Source: Elusimicrobiota bacterium (GTDB lineage Bacteria; Elusimicrobiota; Elusimicrobia; UBA1565; UBA9628). From it: a DNA stretch of 64,000 nt. Both the position numbers and the translations under genes were made by a program. How positions within the stretch are numbered: the stretch's first letter is position 1; each line of letters starts with the position of its first letter. Shown one piece after another: positions 1-9,383 of this stretch. Under the pieces are notes generated by a model. The model was not told the DNA's origin, ran no database searches, and saw only the letters and a program-made list of their open reading frames with translations. The stretch is taken from the NCBI GenBank assembly GCA_036676805.1, contig JAKFCD010000074.1:40072-104071 (forward strand). The letters run 5' to 3'.

Positions 1-1160
1 TTCGTCTTGAAGAACTTCTCGAACTTCTGGTTGGAGCGCGCCGTCGCGATGGTCGAGTTGACCAGCAGCTTGAAGCCGCGGCCGACAGGCACGGCGAGGT
101 CGAAGAGGAAGTTGTCCTGTTCGAGGACCATCGCCTCGCCGAGATGGGTCCCCGCCGCATCCTGCGCGCGCCGCGAAAGATATTCGCGGCGGGTGTTGAG
201 GTAGGCGATCGCGAGCTCGACCTTGCGGCGGCCGAGCGTGAAGGCCGCGCGCGGCTGGAGGGAGCGCTCCTCGTAAGAGTAGTAATCGCTCGTGTAGCGC
301 ATCGTCTGGGCGTCGAAGTGGTTCTGATTGCTGTCGAGGCGCGTCCAGGAGCCGTTCAGATCGACGTATACGCCGCTCTCGGCGCCGAGGCGCCAGCCCC
401 GGCCGAGCGAGACGGCCGCGGATATAAGCCGGTCGGAGCGTCGCCGCGCCGTCAGGGAGCCCGACTCCTGGACGATGTTCTGCTCGGGATAGCCGCGGTC
501 GGTCAGGTTGACGACCAGGCGAGTCTTGACCCCCGGGATCGCGAACGGGAAGGCGGCGATGCCGGTCCAGGACAGGTTATTGGTGTCGAGCGTGCGTCCC
601 GAGGCCTGCTCGCGGCCGAGCCCCTGGCCCTTGACGCTGGACTCCAGCGAGCGGAAGTTCGGGAACTCGATGCGATACCAGTCCAGCGAGAAGCCGGCCG
701 TGACCGCCTCCGCGACGGCGTACTCCGCCTCGAGGCCGAGGGAAGGCTTGCGGAAGTCGAAGAGCCCCTTGCCCCATTTCTCGTCGTTGGTCTCGCGCAG
801 GAACTCCCACCGGTAGCCCGCCAGGGGCTTGAGCTTGAGCTTTCCGCGCCGCCAGACGCTCTTGAGGCGCAGGGAATGGCTCATCGAATCCTGGAACAGC
901 TGCCCGCCGCTGCCGAGGTCGGCGATGGACTGCGTGCCCTGGTAGGCGAAGGCGTAGGTCGGGATCAGGCCCCAGGTCTCGGAGAATTTCACGGCGGGCG
1001 TGAACTGCAGGCTCGCGTTGCCGTTCCAGGAGGTGGACTTGCCGTCCTGCAGGACTTGCCCGAGCAAAGCGGTGCCGCCGAAGACGGGGACGAACTCGGC
1101 GGCGCGCGCCGGTCCCGCCGCGGCGAGCGCGGCCGCCAATAGAAGAAGGGGGCGATTCAT
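1..1160 (-). CDS. outer-membrane beta-barrel protein, N-terminal part (the gene runs off the left edge of the window)
   Basis: ATG at 1160..1158 overlaps the TGA of the upstream gene (ATGA). Translation starts MNRPLLLLAAALAAAGPARAAEFVPVF, a signal peptide. Hand translation of 540-600 in the same frame gives GRTLDTNNLSWTGIAAFPFA with strong GC3 bias. The + ORF 144..1142 is its codon-aligned antisense shadow. It is absent from the ORF table because there is no stop inside the window. Confidence 0.6.
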   Translation of the reverse strand, partial: MNRPLLLLAAALAAAGPARAAEFVPVFGGTALLGQVLQDGKSTSWNGNASLQFTPAVKFSETWGLIPTYAFAYQGTQSIADLGSGGQLFQDSMSHSLRLKSVWRRGKLKLKPLAGYRWEFLRETNDEKWGKGLFDFRKPSLGLEAEYAVAEAVTAGFSLDWYRIEFPNFRSLESSVKGQGLGREQASGRTLDTNNLSWTGIAAFPFAIPGVKTRLVVNLTDRGYPEQNIVQESGSLTARRRSDRLISAAVSLGRGWRLGAESGVYVDLNGSWTRLDSNQNHFDAQTMRYTSDYYSYEERSLQPRAAFTLGRRKVELAIAYLNTRREYLSRRAQDAAGTHLGEAMVLEQDNFLFDLAVPVGRGFKLLVNSTIATARSNQKFEKFFKT

Positions 1161-2092
1161 CGCTCGCGGGGTCCTTTTGCGCCGCTCGGCGTGCCGAAGC
1201 GGTAGGTGATCGCGAAGAGATGCGAGCCCGCGATATCGCCGCCGGGGCCGAAGGCGTAATCGGCCTCGACGGGCCCGAAGCGGCCGCCCACGCCGACCTT
1301 GAGGCCGGAGAAGCGTCCCGCGTCGGGAGTCTTGGTGTTGAGGCCGGCGCGAAAGGCGACGGAATTGTCATCCCCGGAGAGGCGCGCCCGGTATTCTCCG
1401 CCGAGGGCCACGTGGAACGGGGCATAGGCGGGGGCGACGAGGTCGGCGACGACGCTCCAGCCCGGGCTCGGCCGCCAGGCGCCGCCGAAGGCCGCGCGCG
1501 CGGGCAGGGGGTTGGACTCCGACTCGAACTTGAGGCCGCCGCCGAGGTTGTGCCCCGAGGCGCCGACGGCCCAGTCGTCGCCGAGGTCGTATTGCGCGCC
1601 GAGGTCGAAGGCGGTCGCGCGCGCGGCGTCCACGATCTTGGACTCGACGCGCTTGATCGTCGCGGCCAGCCGCAGCTTCTCGCCGGCCGTCGTGCCGTAG
1701 CTCAAGGCGTAGACGGTGTCGCTGGGGCTGAAGCCGCCGGTGAGCGCGCCGCCGTCGTCGCGGCCCTCGAGGGTGCCGTAGCCGATGTGCCGGTAGGCCA
1801 GGCCGAAGCGGTGGACCCCGAACGCCCCGCCGTAGGCCAGGTGGTCGGCGCCGATGCCGTCGCCCAGGATCGAGTGGGTGAAGTACGCCTCATGCGCCGC
1901 GACGCCGTTGAGCGCGGCCGGATTGGTCGTCAAGGCTCCGGCTCCGGAGGCGCCGGCCTGGCCCGCGTCGCCCATGCCGGCGGCGCGGGCGTCGGGCTGG
2001 GTGTTGAGGAATTCGGCGGTCGCCAAGCGTCCCGCCGCCCGGGCCGAGAGGGCCGGGACGAAGAGCAGAACGGCAAAAAGATATTTCCTCAT
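1157..2092 (-). CDS. PorV/PorQ-like (UPF0164/FadL-superfamily-like) outer-membrane beta-barrel protein
   Basis: 311 aa with a signal peptide (MRKYLFAVLLFVPALSARA). The N-terminal motif ARAAGMGDAGQAGASGAGALTTNPAAL resembles the conserved PorV/PorQ-family motif and is shared with the 43845..45224 paralog. The sequence is Gly/aromatic-rich and beta-strand-like. The start overlaps the upstream stop and the stop overlaps the downstream start, both as ATGA. Confidence 0.6.
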   Translation of the reverse strand: MRKYLFAVLLFVPALSARAAGRLATAEFLNTQPDARAAGMGDAGQAGASGAGALTTNPAALNGVAAHEAYFTHSILGDGIGADHLAYGGAFGVHRFGLAYRHIGYGTLEGRDDGGALTGGFSPSDTVYALSYGTTAGEKLRLAATIKRVESKIVDAARATAFDLGAQYDLGDDWAVGASGHNLGGGLKFESESNPLPARAAFGGAWRPSPGWSVVADLVAPAYAPFHVALGGEYRARLSGDDNSVAFRAGLNTKTPDAGRFSGLKVGVGGRFGPVEADYAFGPGGDIAGSHLFAITYRFGTPSGAKGPRER

Positions 2093-5000
2093 CTTTGCAC
2101 CGCGAACTTGATCGTGCGCCGCCCGCCGGCCCCTTCGACGACGGCGAGATAGACGCCGCTGGCCAGCGCGCGCCCGTCCCGGTCGGTGCCGTTCCAGTTC
2201 AGGACCTGGCCCGCGGCGTCGGCGTCGAGCTCCTTGAGCAGGCGCCCCGTCGCGGTGAAGATCTTGATCTTCGCCCCCGCGGGCAGGCTCGAGAGCTTGA
2301 TGTTCACGTGCCCGCGGCTCGGCCGGAACGGGTTGGGGAAGACGAAGCCCTCCGCGACCGAGGCTCCGGGGGTCTGCGCGACGATCTGAAACAGCGAGAA
2401 ATGGTCCGTCGTGCCGACGACCTGGCGCGTCGCCGTGTCGGCCGCGCTGTCGAGCACGACCCAGCCGGTGGCCGCGTCGTAGCGGGCCAGGCGCAGGTGA
2501 TCGGGGTTGACGCCCGCCACGGCGGCGGGGGTGTAGCCGATCTTGATCGTCACCGGGCTCGCGGGCTGAAGGCCGCCGGCGGTGACCGAGATCGTCACGC
2601 CGAGGGCGCTCAGGCCGGGCCGCGCCGGCAGCGCCGGGACGGCCGAGGCGCCGGGCACGGTCACCGAGATCGTCGCGGGCGAGGCGAAGCCTCCCTGGGG
2701 CACGATGACCTCCGCGGAGGTGCCGCCCGCGAGCGCGGTCGTGATGGTGGCCGTGGCGCCCGCCGTCAGGCTGACGAACGCCGGCGCGCCGAGGGCGTAG
2801 ATGCCGTCGGGGTCGGAGACCTCGGCGGTGACCACGCCGGTGACGGAGTCGATCGCGGTCACGCCGTCGATCACCTGCTCGAAGACGCTCGATGCCTGGT
2901 TGAGCTTGAAGATGCGCATGACCGACAGCGGAACCAGGATCGACTGAGCCCCGTAGGCGCCGACGCTGATGCTTCCCGAGGTGACCACATAGGGCATGCT
3001 GACCGTGACGAGCCTGCTGCCCGCGCCGGCGGCCGTGGTCGGGCTCGAGTCGCGCACGGCCGAGAGCTTGAGCACCGTGGTCGAGACGAAGGTGTTGGCC
3101 GTCGCCGCGAACGCGGCGGTCGTGAGCGCGAGGTCGGCGGCCGGCAGCTCGTCGCGGCCCTGGATGCCCAGGCGGACGGCGAAGCCGTAGGTGTTGGCCG
3201 GAATGTCCGCGCGCAGTAGGGGATTGGCGAAGTTCACGACCGCTCCGCCCGCCGAGGTGACGAGCACGGTGGAATAGACCGTCGTGTCCCGCGCCAGGCT
3301 GCCGAGCGAGGCGCGCAGGAGGTTGGCCTGGGCGCTGAGGCTGTTCGTCGAGGAGAAGAAGGCCGTGGTCTGGCCGAAGGCGTCGGTGACCGCCTGGGTC
3401 GACGTCACGGCGGAGACGACCGAGCCGTTGACCAAGGACAGCGAGACGACGCCCGAGCCGGTCGCCACGGAGAAGGTCGCCGTCGAGTTGGAGACGGGGT
3501 TCGAGAAGCCGTCGAAGATCGTCGCGGTCAGCACGCTCGGCACGCCGGCGATGCTGGACTGGGGGTTGGCGAGCAGGGTGATCGAGGCGGGAGTCCCCGC
3601 GCCGACGACGGCGCTGTAGGTGGAGCGCCCGACGACGGACGCGCCGGTGTCCGAGGCGTTGATCAGGATGGCCTCGGCTTTCGTGTAGGTCTGGTTGGCG
3701 ATCGTGACGACGCCGTTGGCCGGCATGTTGACGTTCGTGACGCCGAGCACGCCCGCGCCAGCGAGGAGCGGGTTGCCCGCGTTGAGCGCCGAGAGCGATA
3801 TCGTCGCGGCGTAGCCGACGACCTGGACGCTCGACGCATCGACGGCGCGCACCGTCATCGAGAACGGGACTCCGGCCTGCGCTCCCGTGGGGACCGTGAC
3901 GATGAAGTGGTCGGGGCCCTGGATCGTCAGCGGGATCGAGCGGCCGTTTTTGCCGTCGGATGAGCGGCTGGCCTTGATGTCGATGTCCTCGACCTTGTTA
4001 TAGGTCTGAGCGGAAATCTGGAAACGGCCCGCGGTGAAGGCTCCCGTGACGTTGGTTCCAAGCGAGCCCGTGCCCTGGACGTTCGTGCCGGCGAACAGGG
4101 CGACGAGGTTCACGCCGCTCTCGGTATAAGAGGACAAGCGGTGGTTATAGGAGTTCATGGCCGTGATCGTGCTGACGAAGGCCACGCCGACCGACACGGG
4201 CACCGTCGGGACCGAGACCTCGTAATGGTCGACGCGGTTGCTCTCGATCAGGAAGAAGCTCGTCGCGGCGGGCACGCTCAGCGGCACGAAGGTGACCTGA
4301 CCCGTGAAGTCGTCGAACGTGTCGTAGGCGGTCATTATCGATCCCAGCCGCAGGGTGAAGCTCGCCCGGCCGGAGGCGTCCGTCACCGCTCCCGCGAAAT
4401 CACCGGTGCCTCCGATCGCCGGATCCATCGCCAGCTTCTCGAACGCCGCGCCGCCCGCGCGCGTGAAGCTCGAGACCGCGACGGGCACGTTCGGGACGGG
4501 GTTGCTGAAGGCGTCGAGCACGGTGACCGTCATCGTGGCGTAGCGCAGTTCCGAGTCGACCGACGACGAGGACCTGTCGACGGTGAAGCTCGCGGCGCGG
4601 ATCTCCCGCGTGCCCGCGGTCTGGTCGGGTCGCTGGGGAACGCTGACGGTGTGCGACGAGCTGAAGTTGCCGTAGGCGGCGAAGGTGTGAGCCGCGCTGA
4701 AAGCGCTGCTCAGGATGTCTTGACGGATCGTGAAGACGGCTATTCCAAGCGAGCTCGTGGGCGCGCGGCCGATCGAGGCGAAGGCGCCGTCCCACCGTGA
4801 ATAGGTCGTGATCGCGCCGAAGTTCTGCGAGTTCAGGCCGACGGGGATCTGCGGCAGCAGGGCCCCGGCCGCGTCGCGGACCGTGACCGTGGCGGTGATC
4901 ACGCGCATCGAGCCCTGCATCACGGGCGGGCCCGTGGCGACGGTCACCGTGGCGACGCGTTCCTCCCGCAGCACGATGGTCTGGTCGGGGAAGCTCAGCA

Positions 5001-7332
5001 CGCGCAAGGTCAGCGTTGAGGCCATGGCCGCATAGGCGGTCGGATCGACGCCCTGCAGGAATTCCTGGACGAAGAAGCTGGCCTGGCCCGAGGCGTTGGT
5101 CGCCGTGGTAAAGCCGACGGCGGTGGGCGTGATGGTGATGGGCGCCGGAGAGGCGGAGAAGTCGAGGGCGACCGGCACGTCGGGAACGACGGCGCCCAAG
5201 GAATCGCGAAGAGTGATCGTCACCGTCGAGATCCGGGCATAGTTGGAGCCGCTGATCTCGATGCCGGCCTGACCCGTCGAGAACTCGACGGTGGCGACGC
5301 GGTTCTCCCTCATCACGACCTGCTGCGGCGCCGAGCCGAGGCAAGCGACCGTGTGCGTCACGGCGTAGACCGCGTAGTTGTCGTTGTTGAGGCCCGCGAT
5401 GTCGTCGCCGAAGACGATCGCGGCCTGCCCCGAGCCGTTCGTCGTCCAGAAGACCTGGCTCGGCGACGCCGTCATGCTCGTCGAGCCGGGATACGGCGTG
5501 CCGGGCGCGCGCGAAATGCAGGGAATGTTGGACAGCGGCGCCGAGAGCGAATCCCGGACCGTGAAGGTCATCGTGGAGAAACGCACTTTTCCCGCCGCGC
5601 CCGCCAACGCGGACGGCGTCGTGGAGACGGAGACGGATGCGACGCGCGATTCCCTCAGATATAGGGCCTGAGAGGCGACGCCTGGGGTCGTGAAAACGAC
5701 CGTCGACACGACTCCATCGAGTTTGTCGGCCGTATAGCCGGCGGCGAACTCATGCTTGACGATGAAATCCGCCTGGCCGGCCGTATCGGTCAACAGGAAG
5801 CCGGTCGCGGAGGGGGAGATGGTCGGATTTGAAACGGTGCCGGGCGTGGTCGCGAAGTGATTGAGCTCGACGATGACCCCCGAGGATACCGCCGCTCCGC
5901 CGGCCTTCGTCACCGAAACGGTCGCGGTCGAGTACCAGAAGCCCGTCGCGCCGGAGATGGTCGCCGAGGCCGCGGCGGTGGATACGGCCAGGGCGGCGGC
6001 CTCGCTGTTCTCGAAGGCGAGTATCTGGCTCCCGTTGTGAAGGAAAACCCGGTTTCCCGGGGCGGGCACGGGCTGGCCGCTGAAGCAGGCGCTCGTGGAG
6101 ACCAGCACGTCCCATTGAAGGCTGCCGTTGGAAGCGTCGAGCGCGGCCATGCGGGTGCAGGTCCCCGCGCCGCTGCAGGCCGGCGTGGTTCCCGCGCAAT
6201 AAGTGAAATAGACGGATGTCCCGGCGGCCAAGGTGGGGGGGCCGATCGTGTTGACGGCGGCGGGCGCGCCGCCGGAGCCGGCGTCGTGCGTCCAGAGGGT
6301 GGCTCCCGTGTTGTCTATCTTGTAAATGCGCCCGTTGATGCCGGCGTTGCTCACAGCCGCGTAGGTGTTGAGCGCGGTGTCGGAGAGAAGAGACTGCGTA
6401 AATAACACGCTGCCGGAGCCTAGATCGAGGTCGCACTTGCGCCAGACCAGCGCGCCGCCCTGCGTGAAAGCGGCGAAGTGCTTGTTGCCCGTGGCATGCG
6501 CCGGGCATTCCGAGCTGAAATTAGCCTCGATGACGCTGAAGCTGTTGTCGCCGCGGAAGGAATAACCGAGCGACTTCGGCCCCACGATGGCCTGTGCCAC
6601 GGAAATGTCGGAAGCCGCGCCGGTCGCGGGGTTGTGGCATTCAAGGGAAAATACGCCGTTGCCCGACGAATTGCATATTCGGGAGAAAGTCGTGTCGAAG
6701 AAAATGGAGCCCCGTCCCAGACCGGAGATATGGCCGTCCGTATAGGACATCAGCGGCGTCAGATTCGGCGTGTATGCATACCCGTTGAACTGGGACGCGC
6801 CGAGGCTTGGGATGAGGGTCTCATCGCCGTGTGAGACGTGAATATTCCCATCGTTGGAGATCTTGACGGCCCCGCCTCCCCCGGGATTGGTGCCCGTGGT
6901 CCCCGCCGTGGCGGAGGAGACGAAGGTCACGGCGCCCGATCCGGCGGTGTTGTAGGCATACACGGCCGTCGGGCTGCTGACATAAACGCGCGAGTTGTCT
7001 CCTACCGCCGGGGAGCCCCAAGAGTCGCTGCCGCCGACGACTTCGTTGGCGGTCCATTTGACCGAGCCGTCGGGATTGAGCGCGAAGAACGCGGCGCGGC
7101 CTCCGATGTAGAGCGTCCCGTCGGAGCCGAGCACCACGCCCATCTTGGAGCGCGGATTCACGGCCGCGCCCGCGTATACCCAGCTGACCTTCGGATAGAC
7201 CACTCCGGAGAGCGTGGTGGTGCTGTTGTTCTGCGGATTTTGGCGCGTCATGGGCCACGCCGAATTATCCGGCCCGGCCGCAAACGCGGCGCCCGGGGCG
7301 AACAGGGCCAGCGCGAGGAGGAGCTTCCTCAC
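2089..7332 (-). CDS. giant secreted surface protein: N-terminal PQQ/BamB-like beta-propeller, more than 8 Ig-like (Big/invasin-type) repeats, and a T9SS-type (Por_Secre_tail/FlgD-Ig-like) C-terminal domain
   Basis: 1747 aa with a signal peptide (MRKLLLALALFAPGAAFAAG). The N-terminus carries repeated YIGG...LNPDGSVKW and VYVSS...YAYN propeller-like motifs. The middle carries repeated ~100-aa units with RVATV.V and RD..G..LP.VPV patterns. The C-terminus FVFPNPFRPSRGHVNIKLSSLPAGAKIKIFTATGRLLKELDADAAGQVLNWNGTDRDGRALASGVYLAVVEGAGGRRTIKFAVQR matches the type A T9SS CTD consensus. Confidence 0.8.
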   Translation of the reverse strand: MRKLLLALALFAPGAAFAAGPDNSAWPMTRQNPQNNSTTTLSGVVYPKVSWVYAGAAVNPRSKMGVVLGSDGTLYIGGRAAFFALNPDGSVKWTANEVVGGSDSWGSPAVGDNSRVYVSSPTAVYAYNTAGSGAVTFVSSATAGTTGTNPGGGGAVKISNDGNIHVSHGDETLIPSLGASQFNGYAYTPNLTPLMSYTDGHISGLGRGSIFFDTTFSRICNSSGNGVFSLECHNPATGAASDISVAQAIVGPKSLGYSFRGDNSFSVIEANFSSECPAHATGNKHFAAFTQGGALVWRKCDLDLGSGSVLFTQSLLSDTALNTYAAVSNAGINGRIYKIDNTGATLWTHDAGSGGAPAAVNTIGPPTLAAGTSVYFTYCAGTTPACSGAGTCTRMAALDASNGSLQWDVLVSTSACFSGQPVPAPGNRVFLHNGSQILAFENSEAAALAVSTAAASATISGATGFWYSTATVSVTKAGGAAVSSGVIVELNHFATTPGTVSNPTISPSATGFLLTDTAGQADFIVKHEFAAGYTADKLDGVVSTVVFTTPGVASQALYLRESRVASVSVSTTPSALAGAAGKVRFSTMTFTVRDSLSAPLSNIPCISRAPGTPYPGSTSMTASPSQVFWTTNGSGQAAIVFGDDIAGLNNDNYAVYAVTHTVACLGSAPQQVVMRENRVATVEFSTGQAGIEISGSNYARISTVTITLRDSLGAVVPDVPVALDFSASPAPITITPTAVGFTTATNASGQASFFVQEFLQGVDPTAYAAMASTLTLRVLSFPDQTIVLREERVATVTVATGPPVMQGSMRVITATVTVRDAAGALLPQIPVGLNSQNFGAITTYSRWDGAFASIGRAPTSSLGIAVFTIRQDILSSAFSAAHTFAAYGNFSSSHTVSVPQRPDQTAGTREIRAASFTVDRSSSSVDSELRYATMTVTVLDAFSNPVPNVPVAVSSFTRAGGAAFEKLAMDPAIGGTGDFAGAVTDASGRASFTLRLGSIMTAYDTFDDFTGQVTFVPLSVPAATSFFLIESNRVDHYEVSVPTVPVSVGVAFVSTITAMNSYNHRLSSYTESGVNLVALFAGTNVQGTGSLGTNVTGAFTAGRFQISAQTYNKVEDIDIKASRSSDGKNGRSIPLTIQGPDHFIVTVPTGAQAGVPFSMTVRAVDASSVQVVGYAATISLSALNAGNPLLAGAGVLGVTNVNMPANGVVTIANQTYTKAEAILINASDTGASVVGRSTYSAVVGAGTPASITLLANPQSSIAGVPSVLTATIFDGFSNPVSNSTATFSVATGSGVVSLSLVNGSVVSAVTSTQAVTDAFGQTTAFFSSTNSLSAQANLLRASLGSLARDTTVYSTVLVTSAGGAVVNFANPLLRADIPANTYGFAVRLGIQGRDELPAADLALTTAAFAATANTFVSTTVLKLSAVRDSSPTTAAGAGSRLVTVSMPYVVTSGSISVGAYGAQSILVPLSVMRIFKLNQASSVFEQVIDGVTAIDSVTGVVTAEVSDPDGIYALGAPAFVSLTAGATATITTALAGGTSAEVIVPQGGFASPATISVTVPGASAVPALPARPGLSALGVTISVTAGGLQPASPVTIKIGYTPAAVAGVNPDHLRLARYDAATGWVVLDSAADTATRQVVGTTDHFSLFQIVAQTPGASVAEGFVFPNPFRPSRGHVNIKLSSLPAGAKIKIFTATGRLLKELDADAAGQVLNWNGTDRDGRALASGVYLAVVEGAGGRRTIKFAVQR

Positions 7333-8972
7333 TGGAGGACCCCGGCCTTGATCAGAATCTTGGGCTCGACGACGAAGTCGATGCTGCGCCCGCCGAACTC
7401 GGAGGCGGTGATCTTCTGCTGGAAATTGTGCTCGATGAGCTTCTCTTTATACGTCGCCCCGCTCGTCACCCCGCTGAAGTCCGCCTTCGTGGCCACCCGC
7501 CCCTCGTCGGAGACGACGAAGAAGTCGTAGGTCTCGAAGGAGTTGTCCGCCGTGTACGTGATCGTGACGCGGTCGTGGAAGGTGCCGGCGCCCGACGGCT
7601 TGCTGATGACGCTGGTCCGCAGCGCGTCCTCGCACGCCTGCCCCGCGCAGACGTTGGTCCCGGCGCCGTTCCAGACGCGGGTGTTGATCCCGCCGACGGC
7701 GTAGTCATAGGAGGTGATGTTCGCCCCGGCCGCCGGCTGCCAGCCGAACTTCTCGGTCCCGTTGATCTTGTAGGAGTAATTGTCGAATAAGGTGGTCCAG
7801 AAGGCGGTCCCGGCCGTCTCCGTGGTGAAGGTGTTGGTCTGCCCGTCATAGGCGACCCGGTCGGCCGCGAGCGGCGCGTTGACGAGGTGCCCGCCGATGC
7901 CGGTCTCGATGACGGTGTCCCGGGTGTTGGAGCGGCCGGTCTCGAACTCGGTGACGAAGTACTCGGGAGCGGCGCCGGACTTGCCCGTCAGGTGGCGCGT
8001 CGCCGCCGTCAGGTCGGCCGGCAGGTCCTGGTTGAAGCGGGCCTGGTAGTAGAAGTAGTCGAAGCGATCGGCGCGCTCGGAGAGCGCTACGAGCTTGAAT
8101 TGGTCGGCGGCGGGGCGCACGACGTACTCCTCGAGGCGCACGCGCACGCCGAAGGCGTCGATGAGGGTCTTGCCCTCCTGGTATTCGGCCCGGCGGGCCT
8201 CGACGGCGGCGGCGGCCTGGACGGCCTCCTTGGACTGCCCCAGAGCGACTTCCCGCTCGACCTCCTTGCGGAACTCGTCGTCGACCGAGAGGGGGGCGCT
8301 CGTTTCCTTCTGTTCCTTCGGTTTGCGGACGGCGGCGATGATCTTGGGCGCCGGAGCGGCTTTCGGGGCGGGAGCCTTGGCGGGTGGGGCGGCGGCGGCG
8401 CGCTCGGCCGCGCGCTCGAGGGGCTGGTCGGGCAGGACCCGGATCGAGCGCATCGTGCGCCCGTCGCCGAGCTCGATCTCCTCGCCGAGCAGGGTCTTGA
8501 CCCCGACGACGCCCTCGCTGACGTCGATCAAGGTCGCGCGCGAGGCCGCGACGTCCACCGAGAACTGCGTGCCCCGCACCGCGCACACCGCGGTCGGGGT
8601 GCGGACCTGGAAGCGGCGGTTCAGGGACTTGGTGACCCAGGCCTTGAGCGTGCCCAGAGCGAGCTTGAAATGGGCCGGGCCGCCGGCCTCGGCCGAGGAC
8701 TCCGCCTCGAATTCCGAGGACGCCCCCAAGAGAATCTTCGAGCCGTCCCGGGTCTCCAGGGCGGCCGTCGACCCGCCTCCCGTGCGCACCTTGTCGCCTT
8801 TCTGCACGCGCCAGGGAACTTCGTTGACCCGGCTCCAGGACTGGGTGCGCGGCAGGAAGACCTCGACGTTGCCCTGCCGGGCGACGATGTCGACCTGGGC
8901 CCGGGAGGCCGTCGCGATGATAAGAGCGGCGATCGCGGGGAGGAGGACCCGCAATCTGAGGGGCGAATTCAC
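7329..8972 (-). CDS. FecR-domain secreted protein (N-terminal FecR fold, Ala/Pro/Lys-rich linker, C-terminal domain of unknown function)
   Basis: 547 aa with a signal peptide (MNSPLRLRVLLPAIAALIIATASRAQV). The FecR-like block reads WRVQKGDKVRTGGGSTAALETRDGSKILLGASSEF...AVRGTQFSVDV. Its stop overlaps the start of the giant protein (ATGA). Confidence 0.65.
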   Translation of the reverse strand: MNSPLRLRVLLPAIAALIIATASRAQVDIVARQGNVEVFLPRTQSWSRVNEVPWRVQKGDKVRTGGGSTAALETRDGSKILLGASSEFEAESSAEAGGPAHFKLALGTLKAWVTKSLNRRFQVRTPTAVCAVRGTQFSVDVAASRATLIDVSEGVVGVKTLLGEEIELGDGRTMRSIRVLPDQPLERAAERAAAAPPAKAPAPKAAPAPKIIAAVRKPKEQKETSAPLSVDDEFRKEVEREVALGQSKEAVQAAAAVEARRAEYQEGKTLIDAFGVRVRLEEYVVRPAADQFKLVALSERADRFDYFYYQARFNQDLPADLTAATRHLTGKSGAAPEYFVTEFETGRSNTRDTVIETGIGGHLVNAPLAADRVAYDGQTNTFTTETAGTAFWTTLFDNYSYKINGTEKFGWQPAAGANITSYDYAVGGINTRVWNGAGTNVCAGQACEDALRTSVISKPSGAGTFHDRVTITYTADNSFETYDFFVVSDEGRVATKADFSGVTSGATYKEKLIEHNFQQKITASEFGGRSIDFVVEPKILIKAGVLQ

Positions 8973-9028
8973 CCGTGAAGTATAAGGGGGGCTTCCGGGG
9001 GTGTCAATGTCGTAAAAGTTACGAGAAG

Positions 9029-9055
9029 CCCCCCGGCCGCTTAGCGGCCGGGGGG
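9029..9055. terminator. GC-rich hairpin terminator downstream of cspA
   Basis: Perfect 12-bp stem CCCCCCGGCCGC / GCGGCCGGGGGG with a 3-nt loop, 20 nt after the cspA stop. On the cspA (minus) strand it is followed by a moderately T-rich tract. Confidence 0.55.
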
Positions 9056-9075
9056 CTGTTCTACCGGGCTCCGAG

Positions 9076-9276
9076 TTAGAGCTTGACGACGCCGGCGGCC
9101 TTCGGGCCCTTGTCGGTCTGAAGGAGATCGTACTGGACGGCCTGGTTCTCGCTCAAGGAGCGGAATCCGTCGGACTGGATCGCGCTGTGATGCACGAACA
9201 CGTCCGCGCTGCCGTCATCGGGGGTGATGAACCCGAAGCCCTTCTGGTCATTGAACCACTTCACTTTGCCTTGCAT
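9076..9276 (-). CDS. cspA: cold-shock protein, CspA family
   Basis: [66 protein letters not shown] is 66 aa with the RNP1/RNP2 motifs. The true start is the internal Met of the 104-aa table ORF. Confidence 0.95.
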   Translation of the reverse strand: MQGKVKWFNDQKGFGFITPDDGSADVFVHHSAIQSDGFRSLSENQAVQYDLLQTDKGPKAAGVVKL

Positions 9277-9354
9277 GCTTGTACACCTCGTATTGCGACG
9301 TGTGCGGGCCCCTCGGCGAGGCCTTCTCGACGACGAATCGGCGAGAACCGACAA

Positions 9355-9383
9355 AATTATACCACGAGGCCTTAGTCCGTCAA
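9355..9383 (-). promoter_or_regulatory. sigma70-type promoter for cspA (-35 TTGACG, 16-nt spacer, -10 TATAAT) followed by a ~70-nt 5' UTR
   Basis: The minus strand reads cTTGACGgactaaggcctcgtggTATAATtttgtcgg. The -10 maps to 9355-9360 and the -35 to 9378-9383 on the + strand (reverse complement). An AT-rich upstream region (9390-9518) follows, as expected for a csp leader and promoter. Confidence 0.55.

Noticed and set aside
144-1142. 332-aa + strand ORF at the start of the window (also 7..204 and 508..816)
   Set aside because: Arg/Gly/Ala-rich low-complexity translation. It is the codon-aligned antisense shadow of the real minus-strand outer-membrane protein gene (1..1160), which is stop-poor because of high GC3.
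2095-3219. 374-aa + ORF and other + ORFs inside 2089..7332 (e.g. 4141..4800, 5857..6405, 6838..7530)
   Set aside because: Antisense shadows of the 1747-aa gene. The translations are RG/RD-rich junk with no start context.
7846-8978. Overlapping ORFs 7846..8586 (-), 7887..8978 (+) and 8095..8985 (+) within the FecR-domain gene
   Set aside because: Alternate-frame or antisense low-complexity translations. The FecR-domain frame has the signal peptide, GC3 periodicity and recognisable domain.
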